64,000 bases of DNA from an uncultured Verrucomicrobiae bacterium. GTDB taxonomy: Bacteria; Verrucomicrobiota; Verrucomicrobiia; Opitutales; JABDGR01. The notes beneath the pieces are model-generated. The model was given only the letters and a program-made list of their open reading frames with translations. It was not told the DNA's origin and did not search any database. The stretch's first letter is position 1. Each line of letters opens with the position of its first letter. The stretch spans positions 416,001 to 480,000 of the forward strand of contig CAVXVB010000009.1 of assembly GCA_963765205.1 (NCBI GenBank), given 5' to 3'. Of the stretch, positions 54,400 through 62,185 are shown in pieces. The position numbers were made by a program, and so were the translations under genes.

Positions 54400-54465
54400 C
54401 TACTTTGCATACGCCGCCTGGGCGCCTTTGATGTTGCGTTTGGGGACCCAGGGCATGAGGGCGCG
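54400..54465 (-). repeat. Detached copy of the ilvC 3' end ([21 protein letters not shown]), att-like boundary
   Basis: 59/66 nt identical to 59179-59244; all 7 differences are synonymous third positions. Confidence 0.92.
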
Positions 54466-54629
54466 CCGAACACCTTTAAGCCCGTTGCGTCCAGTACGCT
54501 TAACCCCTCGCTCAACCCCTCGGCTGGACATCTCTAAAAAACAACTTCCCATCCGTTTACCTGCCACCCGGGCATAAAGGGTCGTCTACTTGGTGGCCGA
54601 TCGGACCAGGCCGTTGCAGACTTCACTCA

Positions 54630-55901
54630 TCATTCAAAAGCATCCACATACCAAGTGCCATTGATTCTCTTCCAACGCACCATGGTTTTGCCATCCGTCG
54701 GTTGCGAAAGCTTGTAGGTGGCCAGATCGCCGGTCGCGTCATATTCCGGCGTCTCTGTCTGGGCGGCGGACGTGGCATCAATCATCATTTTTATCGTGTT
54801 CGGGAAATCAGGGTTTTGCTGAAGCGTCTCCATCACTTGTTGGCCCGACATCGTCGGGGGCAATTGCAGGTAAGAATCAAAGGCCAAGGGATAGTCACCG
54901 GATTGAAGCAGGTTGACAAAATCATTCATCGCCGTGCCGATTTCGGAACGAGGGTCACTCGCCACCGCCTGCGTTGCGATGGCCGGAGTTTCCACGACTG
55001 CCTCCGACACCGGGGCGGGCGGGGCCACCGGCGCGACCACTTGCGCGGGACTCTTGGTTGGGACCGGGAGAACCGCAATGGCGGGCGCAGGAGGCGGACG
55101 CGGAACCTCAGAGACCGGCCGCTCGTTCACGTCCTGCCATTTAATGGCGAAGTTAAGGACGAGAAGAACAAGGACGACACTAGCGAGTGCAATTTTGGTC
55201 TTGGTGCTCATAAAAAACGCCAAAAATAAGGCCTGCAATGTTCCCCCAGCGAGGCTGGCGCCGCCGCCTGCGAGCGAGATGGCCGTAGCCTTTTTGGCCA
55301 GCCCAACGGGGGCGGCCTGAACCGAGTTCATTGTGAGGGCCGAGGCCAGCAGGGACGCGGACGTGGTGACCCCGCGGGAAACAAAATGGGCGCGCAGTTT
55401 TTCCAAGGCGCGCTCCACGCGCTTGTTGGCGGAATTTTCACTCAGGCCGAGGATGGCGCCGACTTCCTGATGGCTCAGGCCGTTGAAAAAACGCAGCAAA
55501 ACCGCCTGGCGGTCGCGTTCGCCGAGCCGCTCGACCGCTTCGTCGAGCAGCGGGCCGATTTCCGCCCAGTGGGCCGGCGGGGTGATCTGGTCATTTTGCA
55601 TGGTGACGGCCTCCTGTTCGCGCGCGCGGCGGCGGGCTTCGCCGCGAATCGCGTCAATGGCGCGATGCCGCGCATTGATGTGCAACCAGCAGACGGGGGT
55701 GATGTAATGGCGCAGCCGCCCGGCCTCGCGGGCGAACTTGGTGAAGACGGCCTGGGTGACATCCTCGGCCAAATGCGGATCCCGGCTGACGCGCAGGGCC
55801 ACGGAATAGACCAGATCAGTCTGCCGGCGGACGAGTTCGGCAAAGGCCGCCTCGTCGCCCTGCTCGACATACTGGCGCAATAACTCGCGGTCGGTGGTCA
55901 T
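54630..55901 (-). CDS. ECF RNA polymerase sigma factor with C-terminal TM and extracytoplasmic extension
   Basis: DRELL..Y..GDEAAFAELVRR, AEDVTQAVF, LLRFF, KRVERALEKLR; TM segment then Pro-rich linker. Confidence 0.9.
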   Translation of the reverse strand: MTTDRELLRQYVEQGDEAAFAELVRRQTDLVYSVALRVSRDPHLAEDVTQAVFTKFAREAGRLRHYITPVCWLHINARHRAIDAIRGEARRRAREQEAVTMQNDQITPPAHWAEIGPLLDEAVERLGERDRQAVLLRFFNGLSHQEVGAILGLSENSANKRVERALEKLRAHFVSRGVTTSASLLASALTMNSVQAAPVGLAKKATAISLAGGGASLAGGTLQALFLAFFMSTKTKIALASVVLVLLVLNFAIKWQDVNERPVSEVPRPPPAPAIAVLPVPTKSPAQVVAPVAPPAPVSEAVVETPAIATQAVASDPRSEIGTAMNDFVNLLQSGDYPLAFDSYLQLPPTMSGQQVMETLQQNPDFPNTIKMMIDATSAAQTETPEYDATGDLATYKLSQPTDGKTMVRWKRINGTWYVDAFE

Positions 55902-55916
55902 CGTTTGTCTTTACCC

Positions 55917-55946
55917 ATATACGACACCCGCCGCAAAAACCTGACA
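55917..55946 (-). promoter_or_regulatory. Possible ECF autoregulatory promoter
   Basis: Minus strand TGTCAG-N17-CGTATAT just upstream of the sigma ATG. Confidence 0.35.
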
Positions 55947-56207
55947 AAAATCGTCAATTTACCCCCTCCCGGCCCCCGGTAACCTCAAAAAAGCGATTCC
56001 CTTTCAGTTGTCAAAATCATGATGAGTGCAAGCCAACAGAGTTTGCGAACTACCCCTGTCTGGCTTTCGTCAACTACAAAACTTAAAACCTGACCCCTTC
56101 CGGGTTCCCGAATGGCTGAAAAAACAAGTCTTGTTCTGGCAATGACGTTCGTCAAATACTTCGGCAGCATAAAGCATGGGCGCTGGCGAATGCGGCGAAA
56201 TAATAAC

Positions 56208-56810
56208 TCATTGAGAAATTGGAGGTAGTTCCGCGCGCATATCAGCGTCGTGCGCAATCAACTTGGCCTTTGCGGTCTCGAATACATCCCGCATAGCATC
56301 AATATATTCTGCGCTTTTATTTTCATTTCTAGCCATGGACAGTTGGCTCATTTCGTCGGATGAAAAATCTGCCTCGTCAGAAGTTAATTGATTATAGAAA
56401 TTTTTAATGTCACCCGGCAAAGCTTGTGCCGCAAATTCGTTCGTTTCTGCAAGGGCGACATCTGATTTAAGGTTTTTGAAATCTAAATCACGCAAGTCAC
56501 CCATCTGGCTAAGACGTAAAAACTCTTCTGCGTCTATGCGCCCCTGATCATGATCCGAAACTTTACTCGTTTCGGCAACCTGCTGAACGTTTTGATTGTG
56601 CCAAAAAATTAGGGCAATTACACCAAATAAAACGACAAGCCGAATCATCCAGGATAAAAAACTGGTTCTCTGACTTTCTATGGGTGGTGAATTCTCTTCT
56701 TTGCTTATGGGCTTGGGCGCGTGTTCTTCAAAAGATTCACCATGAAGTTCACGGTAGCTTTCCTGGTCGTCTCGGGAAAGGCGCAAAAACTCGTCGTGAG
56801 TAAGTTTCAT
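56208..56810 (-). CDS. Hypothetical single-TM protein (AT-rich)
   Basis: 200 aa ORF; TM WMIRLVVLFGVIALIFW; acidic C-terminal domain. Confidence 0.7.
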   Translation of the reverse strand: MKLTHDEFLRLSRDDQESYRELHGESFEEHAPKPISKEENSPPIESQRTSFLSWMIRLVVLFGVIALIFWHNQNVQQVAETSKVSDHDQGRIDAEEFLRLSQMGDLRDLDFKNLKSDVALAETNEFAAQALPGDIKNFYNQLTSDEADFSSDEMSQLSMARNENKSAEYIDAMRDVFETAKAKLIAHDADMRAELPPISQ

Positions 56811-56894
56811 CGCGATTAGAATGGGGTAACGTTAAGATAGCATAGCTCGCATGGCTGTAAAAACAAGCTTTGTTCACGCCAGCTTGGGAGCGCA

Positions 56895-57566
56895 TTAAGG
56901 GTTAGGCTCGAAACTTTTCAAGAACTCAATTGTGTTTGAATATTTCCTTTTATGGTCTTCATTGTCTGTGGAATTTTCCATTTTTTCGAGTGCTTCCAAA
57001 TAGGGATTGCCTCCGACAACCGGCATTATTGATCCTGGCCCCATGAGATACGCTACAACATCCTCCCTTTCAAAAGTATGATTTTTCCGATTCTTGAATT
57101 CTGCGTTCCATCGCCTGTAGTAGAGATCGCTCAAGGGCTGATCAGTCTCAGCCATTCTTTTTAACGCTGAGGGGTGCAGCACAAAGCCTAACCAGTTAAA
57201 TTTTTCACCATATTCGCAAGCCTCGACGAGGGCTTTCCCAAGAAAAAGGCTGTTTGCCTTATCCCCATAAAAATCACCAAAAGTAACTGCCCCGCGTGAT
57301 GGGATTCCGGCGATGGTGAGTTCGTCGAAAAAAAATCTCGAAAATTGGGCTACGGTGCGAAATGAATTTTTAGAGTCGTCCGATGAATAAATAATGATGG
57401 TATCCGAGAACCAGGCAAACTCTGCATGTTGATTAAAATGTGACTCCCTCCGTGCAGTTTCCAAGTAAACGCAAGTGTCATGAAACACACTGATCAGGTT
57501 ACTTTTCCTTGTATAATCTCCGAATCCCAATCGGTCGAAATATGCGACCCATCGCTTCCCGCCCAT
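56895..57566 (-). CDS. Class III nucleotide-cyclase-like protein; original start probably displaced to 58810 by the IS
   Basis: VAYFDRLGF, WFSDTIII, GIPSRGAVTFGDF, FLGKALVEA.E resemble the adenylate/guanylate cyclase core. Confidence 0.62.
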   Translation of the reverse strand: MGGKRWVAYFDRLGFGDYTRKSNLISVFHDTCVYLETARRESHFNQHAEFAWFSDTIIIYSSDDSKNSFRTVAQFSRFFFDELTIAGIPSRGAVTFGDFYGDKANSLFLGKALVEACEYGEKFNWLGFVLHPSALKRMAETDQPLSDLYYRRWNAEFKNRKNHTFEREDVVAYLMGPGSIMPVVGGNPYLEALEKMENSTDNEDHKRKYSNTIEFLKSFEPNP

Positions 57567-57583
57567 CTTGGAATTATAATCTA

Positions 57584-58796
57584 GGGCACTTCTAACAACT
57601 TGGCTTGGGCCACACAAGGGTAATTTTGCGTGATTTTCTAGCGGCATCCGGGAGGGAAGCGCCCGGCATGAGTTGCCCGCGGTGGTTTGGCGGGATGATG
57701 AGTGGGTTTCTTGCTCTGAACCGGCAGCGGGGCGCGATTCGTCCGGCTCTAACCGGCACTTTGCAGCCAGGCGTAGCGGTCAAGGTTGTAAACCAGGTTG
57801 GCCAGGCCGATTTCAAAACGGGCGCGGGCCAAACCTTTGCGGCGGAACCAGTCTGCCCGCCAGTGGGCCAGCCGGGCGAAGACGTGCTCGACCCGGCTGC
57901 GGACGGCGCTTTGGCGGCGGTTGCGTTTTTCCTGCGCGCGGGTCAGCGGATGGCCGCGCCGCGCTTTTTCCAGGATGCGCCCGGCGAGCTTTTTGGTCGC
58001 GAGTTGTTTCGCGATGGGCCCGCCGCTGTAGGCGCTGTCGGCGTAAATGACGCGGTCGCCGGGCGCGGCCAGCTCGTCGAGTTTTTGGCTGTCGTGGGTG
58101 TTGGCGGGGGTCACCGTGTAGTCCGCCACGAGCTTGCTGCGCGCGTCGGCCTTGGCGTGGTTTTTGTAACCGTAGTGCGCCTGGCCGCCTTGCTCGGTCC
58201 AGCGGGCGTCGGCGTCCTGCTGCCGCGCGGCGGGGGGATGCTCCGGCTGGCGCGCGGCGCGCGGGCGCGGGGCCTCGACAAACGTGGCGTCCACGATCTT
58301 GCCCTGCTGGCCGATCAGCCCCCGCGCGGCCAGTTGCGCGTTGAACAACTCGAACAACGCCCGCACCCCGTCCGGGCCGAGGCGCTCCTTGAACACCCAG
58401 ATCGTCTTCTCGTCCGGCGCGGCGTCGCCCGCCCGCAGGCCCATGAACCGCTGGAAGCTGAACCGATCGAGGATTTGAAACTCGGTCTGCGCGTCGCTCA
58501 GCCCGTGGAACTTTTGCAGCACCAGCACCTGGAACATCAGCACCGGATCCCACGCCGGACGCCCGCCTTTGGCCCCGTCCTCATAGGCCAGGTGGCGCTC
58601 GAGTGGGGCGCGGAAGGCTTCCCAGTCCACCGCCGCCTTCAGCCGGTCCAGACTCGTGCCCCGCGCCGCCAACCCGGCGCAATGCTGGTGATAATCGAAC
58701 AAACCTCCTTGCGACTCGGATTTTCGGTAGTGCATGTCACGTTCTGTCACCTTGTCTTATCAATGTCAAGCGGCTTGGGGGTTAATAGAGGCGCCC
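57584..58796 (-). mobile_element. IS5-family insertion sequence (1213 bp) with 4-bp TCTA target duplication
   Basis: Terminal IRs GGGCACTTCTAACAAC / GGGCGCCTCTATTAAC (12/16); TCTA at 57580-57583 and 58797-58800. Confidence 0.88.
57749..58735 (-). CDS. IS5-family DDE transposase
   Basis: GGRPAWDPVLM, LSD..E..I.DR.SF..F, IVDAT, DADARWT, YGYKNH, YADSAY, RSRVEHVF. Confidence 0.92.
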   Translation of the reverse strand: MHYRKSESQGGLFDYHQHCAGLAARGTSLDRLKAAVDWEAFRAPLERHLAYEDGAKGGRPAWDPVLMFQVLVLQKFHGLSDAQTEFQILDRFSFQRFMGLRAGDAAPDEKTIWVFKERLGPDGVRALFELFNAQLAARGLIGQQGKIVDATFVEAPRPRAARQPEHPPAARQQDADARWTEQGGQAHYGYKNHAKADARSKLVADYTVTPANTHDSQKLDELAAPGDRVIYADSAYSGGPIAKQLATKKLAGRILEKARRGHPLTRAQEKRNRRQSAVRSRVEHVFARLAHWRADWFRRKGLARARFEIGLANLVYNLDRYAWLQSAG

Positions 58797-58919
58797 TCTA
58801 GTTGTTCCATCGATGTTAGTCATCTTCGGAGTTTGTTTTGAACTGCAATGAACATAGATACCCAACCCCGCTGGTCAAAACAGATTTTTGAGCCTCCACT
58901 GCAATATAATGGCATCCCG

Positions 58920-59123
58920 CTATTTTTCATAGGCCCCCTGGGCGTTTTTGAGGTTGCGGCGGCTGGCTTCAATCAGGGTCACGGCGGCATCGAGCCAGTC
59001 CAGACGTTGCGCCGGGGACAAGCGTGCAAATTCCGTATGGCCGTCGTAGTCCTCGGGGCGGGAGCGCGCGATGGCCTCTCGCACCGCCGCGAGATCAATA
59101 TCTGCGAGGTGGTCGTTTTCCAT
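58920..59123 (-). CDS. Small protein (67 aa), antitoxin-like, ending in a decayed ilvC tail
   Basis: GGAGG RBS; FARLSPAQRLDWL; ends RRNLKNAQGAYEK* versus ilv[14 protein letters not shown]. Confidence 0.6.
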   Translation of the reverse strand: MENDHLADIDLAAVREAIARSRPEDYDGHTEFARLSPAQRLDWLDAAVTLIEASRRNLKNAQGAYEK

Positions 59124-59178
59124 GCTGCCTTCTACCTCCTGCCTCCCACCTGCCACCTCCTCCATTCCGTCACCCCCC

Positions 59179-60210
59179 CTACTTCGCATAAGCGGCCTGG
59201 GCGCCTTTGATATTCCGTTTCGGCACCCAGGGCATGAGGGCGCGGAGGCGCTGGCCGGTTTTTTCGATGGGGTGCTTTTCTCCTTCCGCAAGGAGGCGTT
59301 TGTAATTTTTCAGGCCGCTTTTGTATTCGGCGACCCATTGTCTGGTGAATTGGCCGCTTTGGATTTCCTTGAGGATTTTCTTCATGGCCGCGCGCGAGGA
59401 TTTGTTGATGACGCGGGGGCCGCGGGTGATGTCGCCATATTTGGCGGTTTCGGAAATCGAGAATCTCATGCCGGAGATGCCGGATTCGACCATGAGGTCC
59501 ACGATGAGTTTCAATTCGTGGAGGCACTCGAAGTAGGCCATTTCGGGCTGGTACCCGGCGGCGACGAGGGTCTCGAAGCCGGCCCTGACGAGTTCGGTGG
59601 CGCCGCCGCAGAGCACGGCTTGCTCGCCGAAGAGGTCGGTTTCGCATTCTTCCTTGAAGGAGGTTTGCAGGACGCCGGCGCGGGTGGCGCCGATGCCTTT
59701 GGCCCAGGCGAGGGCGATTTTCTTGGCGTCCTTGGTGGCGTCGGTGTGGACGGCGATGAGCGCGGGGACGCCTTTGCCTTCGAGGTATTGGGCGCGGACG
59801 ATGTGGCCGGGGCCTTTGGGGGCGACCATGATGACGTTGACGCCGGCAGGGGGCTTGATGAGGCCGAAATGGATGCTGAGGCCGTGCGTGAAGAGGAGGG
59901 TCTTGCCGGGCGCGAGGCTGGGGGCGATGTCCGTCTCATAAACGCCGGGCTGGCGCATGTCGGGGACGCCGACCATGATGACGTCGGCGCGGCGCACGGC
60001 CTCGGCGGTGGGATAGACGGCGAAGCCTTTTTCTTCGGCGACTTTCCAGGACTGGCTGCCGGGATAGAGGCCGATGATGACTTGCGCGCCGCTGTCCTTG
60101 AGGTTGAGGGCGTGGGCGTGGCCTTGGGAACCGAAGCCGATGATGGCGAGGGTCTTGTTGTTCAACACGCCGAGGTCGGCGTCTTTGTCGGTGTAGACTT
60201 TGGCGGGCAT
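59179..60210 (-). CDS. ilvC: Ketol-acid reductoisomerase
   Basis: [57 protein letters not shown]. Confidence 0.97.
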   Translation of the reverse strand: MPAKVYTDKDADLGVLNNKTLAIIGFGSQGHAHALNLKDSGAQVIIGLYPGSQSWKVAEEKGFAVYPTAEAVRRADVIMVGVPDMRQPGVYETDIAPSLAPGKTLLFTHGLSIHFGLIKPPAGVNVIMVAPKGPGHIVRAQYLEGKGVPALIAVHTDATKDAKKIALAWAKGIGATRAGVLQTSFKEECETDLFGEQAVLCGGATELVRAGFETLVAAGYQPEMAYFECLHELKLIVDLMVESGISGMRFSISETAKYGDITRGPRVINKSSRAAMKKILKEIQSGQFTRQWVAEYKSGLKNYKRLLAEGEKHPIEKTGQRLRALMPWVPKRNIKGAQAAYAK

Positions 60211-60296
60211 AAGAATTACGGGTTAGTTTCGAGTTTTGAGTTTCGAGTTTCGGGCTTTAGTTTCTTGGCGTTCTTTGCGTCTTCGCGGTGCAAGAT

Positions 60297-60776
60297 TCAC
60301 GCGCCCCTCGGGAGGGCGAGGTTGCCGGTGCGGGCGAGGTCCTTGATGCCGAAGGGGGTGATGATTTCGAGGAAGGCTTTGATTTTATTCTCGTTGCCGG
60401 TCAGTTCGAGGGTGATGGCCGCGGGGGTGACGTCCACGACCTTGGCGCGGAAGATGGCGGCGATTTCGATGATTTCCGAGCGGGTCTCGCGCGTGCAGTC
60501 GAGCTTGATCATGACGAGCTCGCGGGCGACGAAGGTCTGACCGCGGGAAAAGTCGGTGACTTCGAGGACGTTGACGAGTTTGTCGGCCTGCTTGACGGCC
60601 TGGTCGAGCGCGGTCTCGTCGGCCACGATGGTGACGGTGATGCGGGAGAGATCGGGGTTCTGGGTGGGGCCGACGTTGAGGGTCTCGATGTTGAAGCCGC
60701 GGCCGGAGAAGAGGCCGGCGACGCGGGCGAGGACGCCGAACTTGTTTTCAACGAGGATGGAGATGGTGTGGCGCAT
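60297..60776 (-). CDS. ilvN: Acetolactate synthase small (regulatory) subunit
   Basis: MRHTISILVENKFGVLARVAGLFSGRGFNI, RELVMIK, ARTG. Confidence 0.96.
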   Translation of the reverse strand: MRHTISILVENKFGVLARVAGLFSGRGFNIETLNVGPTQNPDLSRITVTIVADETALDQAVKQADKLVNVLEVTDFSRGQTFVARELVMIKLDCTRETRSEIIEIAAIFRAKVVDVTPAAITLELTGNENKIKAFLEIITPFGIKDLARTGNLALPRGA

Positions 60777-60797
60777 GGGGGCCGGGTCCGCACGGGG

Positions 60798-60871
60798 TGG
60801 ACGGCACAGGACTCGAACCTGTGACTTCCTGCGTGTAAAGCAGGCGCTCTAACCAACTGAGCTAGCCGTCC
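60798..60871 (-). tRNA. tRNA-Val (anticodon TAC), CCA not encoded
   Basis: GGACGGC acceptor stem, TAGCTCAGTTGGTTAGAGC D arm, CCTGC-TTTACAC-GCAGG anticodon arm, GGTTCGAGTCC T loop. Confidence 0.96.
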
Positions 60872-61151
60872 GACACGGGGCGAAGGGGGCCATTGTTGCG
60901 AGTCGGCGCGCGGAGGCAAGCGGATAAGCGGGTCGGGGGGTGGTTTCGATGAGGCAGCAGGAGCGGCGCAAGTCCGCCCTACCCAACCCAGCGCAGTTCG
61001 CGAGGGCGGGCGTCTTGATGACCTCGGTCCGTGACGGTTGGCTAATTCTGTCGGCCCACATTTCCGGCCCCATTTTGTTTTGCCACGGGCACGGCTACCC
61101 CATGACAATGAAAGGCCGTCGGCTTTGGCCCGGCCAAGGCTCCAATGACGT

Positions 61152-62150
61152 ATGAATGAAATCCAAGCCATTCTCGACCAATTGGAACGGGCGCCGAAGG
61201 TGGCGCACGCGCTGGCGACCTTGGTCAGCGTCGAGGGGTCGTCGTATCGCCGGGTGGGCGCGCGGTTGCTGGTCAATCAAGATGGCGGCGGCCTCGGCTC
61301 CATCAGCGGCGGCTGCCTCGAAAGCGATGTCATCGCGCGTGTCCATGAGGTGCTCGCGGACGGCTTGGCGCAAGTGGCCGTTTATAATACCACGGATGAA
61401 AACGACTTAGTGTGGGGCACGGGCACGGGGTGCAACGGCATTGTGCGCATTCTCATTGAGCGCCTGCTGGCCCGGCCCGCGTGGGCGCGCACGCTGCGCG
61501 GCAATCTCGCTGCGCGAAAAACCACGCGCCTCGGCGTCGTCTGGCAGTCCACCGATGCAAAATTTTTGGGCACGCACGATCTTAACGATATTACCGGCCG
61601 GCTCCCGGCGGAGTCGGTGGTGTTCGAGGACGAAGTCGCGCCCCCGGTGCGCCTGCTCATTTTCGGCGCGGGCGACGACGCTCAACCGCTCGCAAAATTG
61701 GCCAAAACCCTGGGCTGGACGGTCGAGGTTTTCGATTCGCGCCCGGCCTTCGCCACTGCCGCGCGCTTCCCCGAGGCAAACCGGGTGGCTGTCGTTCGCC
61801 TGGCCGACGCGGCCTCCACCCCCCTCGATGCCGCGACCGTCGCCGTCGTCATGACGCATCGCTATCGCGAGGATGTGGAACTGTTGCGCGCGCTGTTGCC
61901 GCGCGAACTGCCTTACCTCGGCCTGCTCGGCCCCAAAAAACGCGCGGAGAAAATTCTGGCGGAATTGACTGTGGATGGATTCACGTTCACGGAAGAAATG
62001 CGCGCGCGATTGCACGGGCCGGTCGGCCTGGATTTGGGCGGCGATACGCCCGAAGCCGTCGCGCTGGCCATGCTGGCCGAAATCCAAGCCGCTTTTGCCG
62101 GACGCGATGCCCGCCCCTTGCGCGAACGCAATGGGCCGATTCACGCGTGA
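61152..62150 (+). CDS. XdhC/CoxI family molybdoenzyme accessory protein
   Basis: ATLVSVEGSSYRR.GA, GSISGGCLE, GCNG, IFGAGDDA, VMTH, YLGLLGP, PVGLDLG..PE. Confidence 0.92.
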   Translation: MNEIQAILDQLERAPKVAHALATLVSVEGSSYRRVGARLLVNQDGGGLGSISGGCLESDVIARVHEVLADGLAQVAVYNTTDENDLVWGTGTGCNGIVRILIERLLARPAWARTLRGNLAARKTTRLGVVWQSTDAKFLGTHDLNDITGRLPAESVVFEDEVAPPVRLLIFGAGDDAQPLAKLAKTLGWTVEVFDSRPAFATAARFPEANRVAVVRLADAASTPLDAATVAVVMTHRYREDVELLRALLPRELPYLGLLGPKKRAEKILAELTVDGFTFTEEMRARLHGPVGLDLGGDTPEAVALAMLAEIQAAFAGRDARPLRERNGPIHA

Positions 62151-62185
62151 ATGTTGAGCATGCTCCGGCGACGAATTCTTTCTGT

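Larger units (their letters stand above)
54400..59244. mobile_element. Genomic islet at the ilvC 3' end (no integrase seen)
   Basis: Bounded by duplicated ilvC 3' ends with a 20-bp identical core ACCCAGGGCATGAGGGCGCG; AT-rich cargo at ~56.0-57.6 kb; contains an IS. Confidence 0.7.

Noticed and set aside
54524..54545. GGACATCTCTAAAAAA as an orphan IS5-type inverted repeat
   Set aside because: Only 10-11/16 match to the IS ends, with no partner end or target duplication.
56825..56906. Integron attC site between the two AT-rich genes (GCCTAAC...GTTA on the minus strand)
   Set aside because: The palindrome is poor, no matching sites flank the neighbouring genes, and no intI is in the window.
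57567..57647. Extended N-terminus MPLENHAK... of ORF 56895-57647
   Set aside because: Most of it lies inside the IS5 end; it is a chance in-frame read-through.
54400..59244. DGR template/variable repeat explanation for the ilvC tail copies
   Set aside because: Differences are synonymous and not adenine-specific, and no reverse transcriptase is present.
59071..60824. Long antisense ORFs (e.g. 59071-60540, 57605-58801, 195-1361, 48274-49272)
   Set aside because: Shadows of real genes on the opposite strand in GC-rich DNA, with no recognisable motifs.
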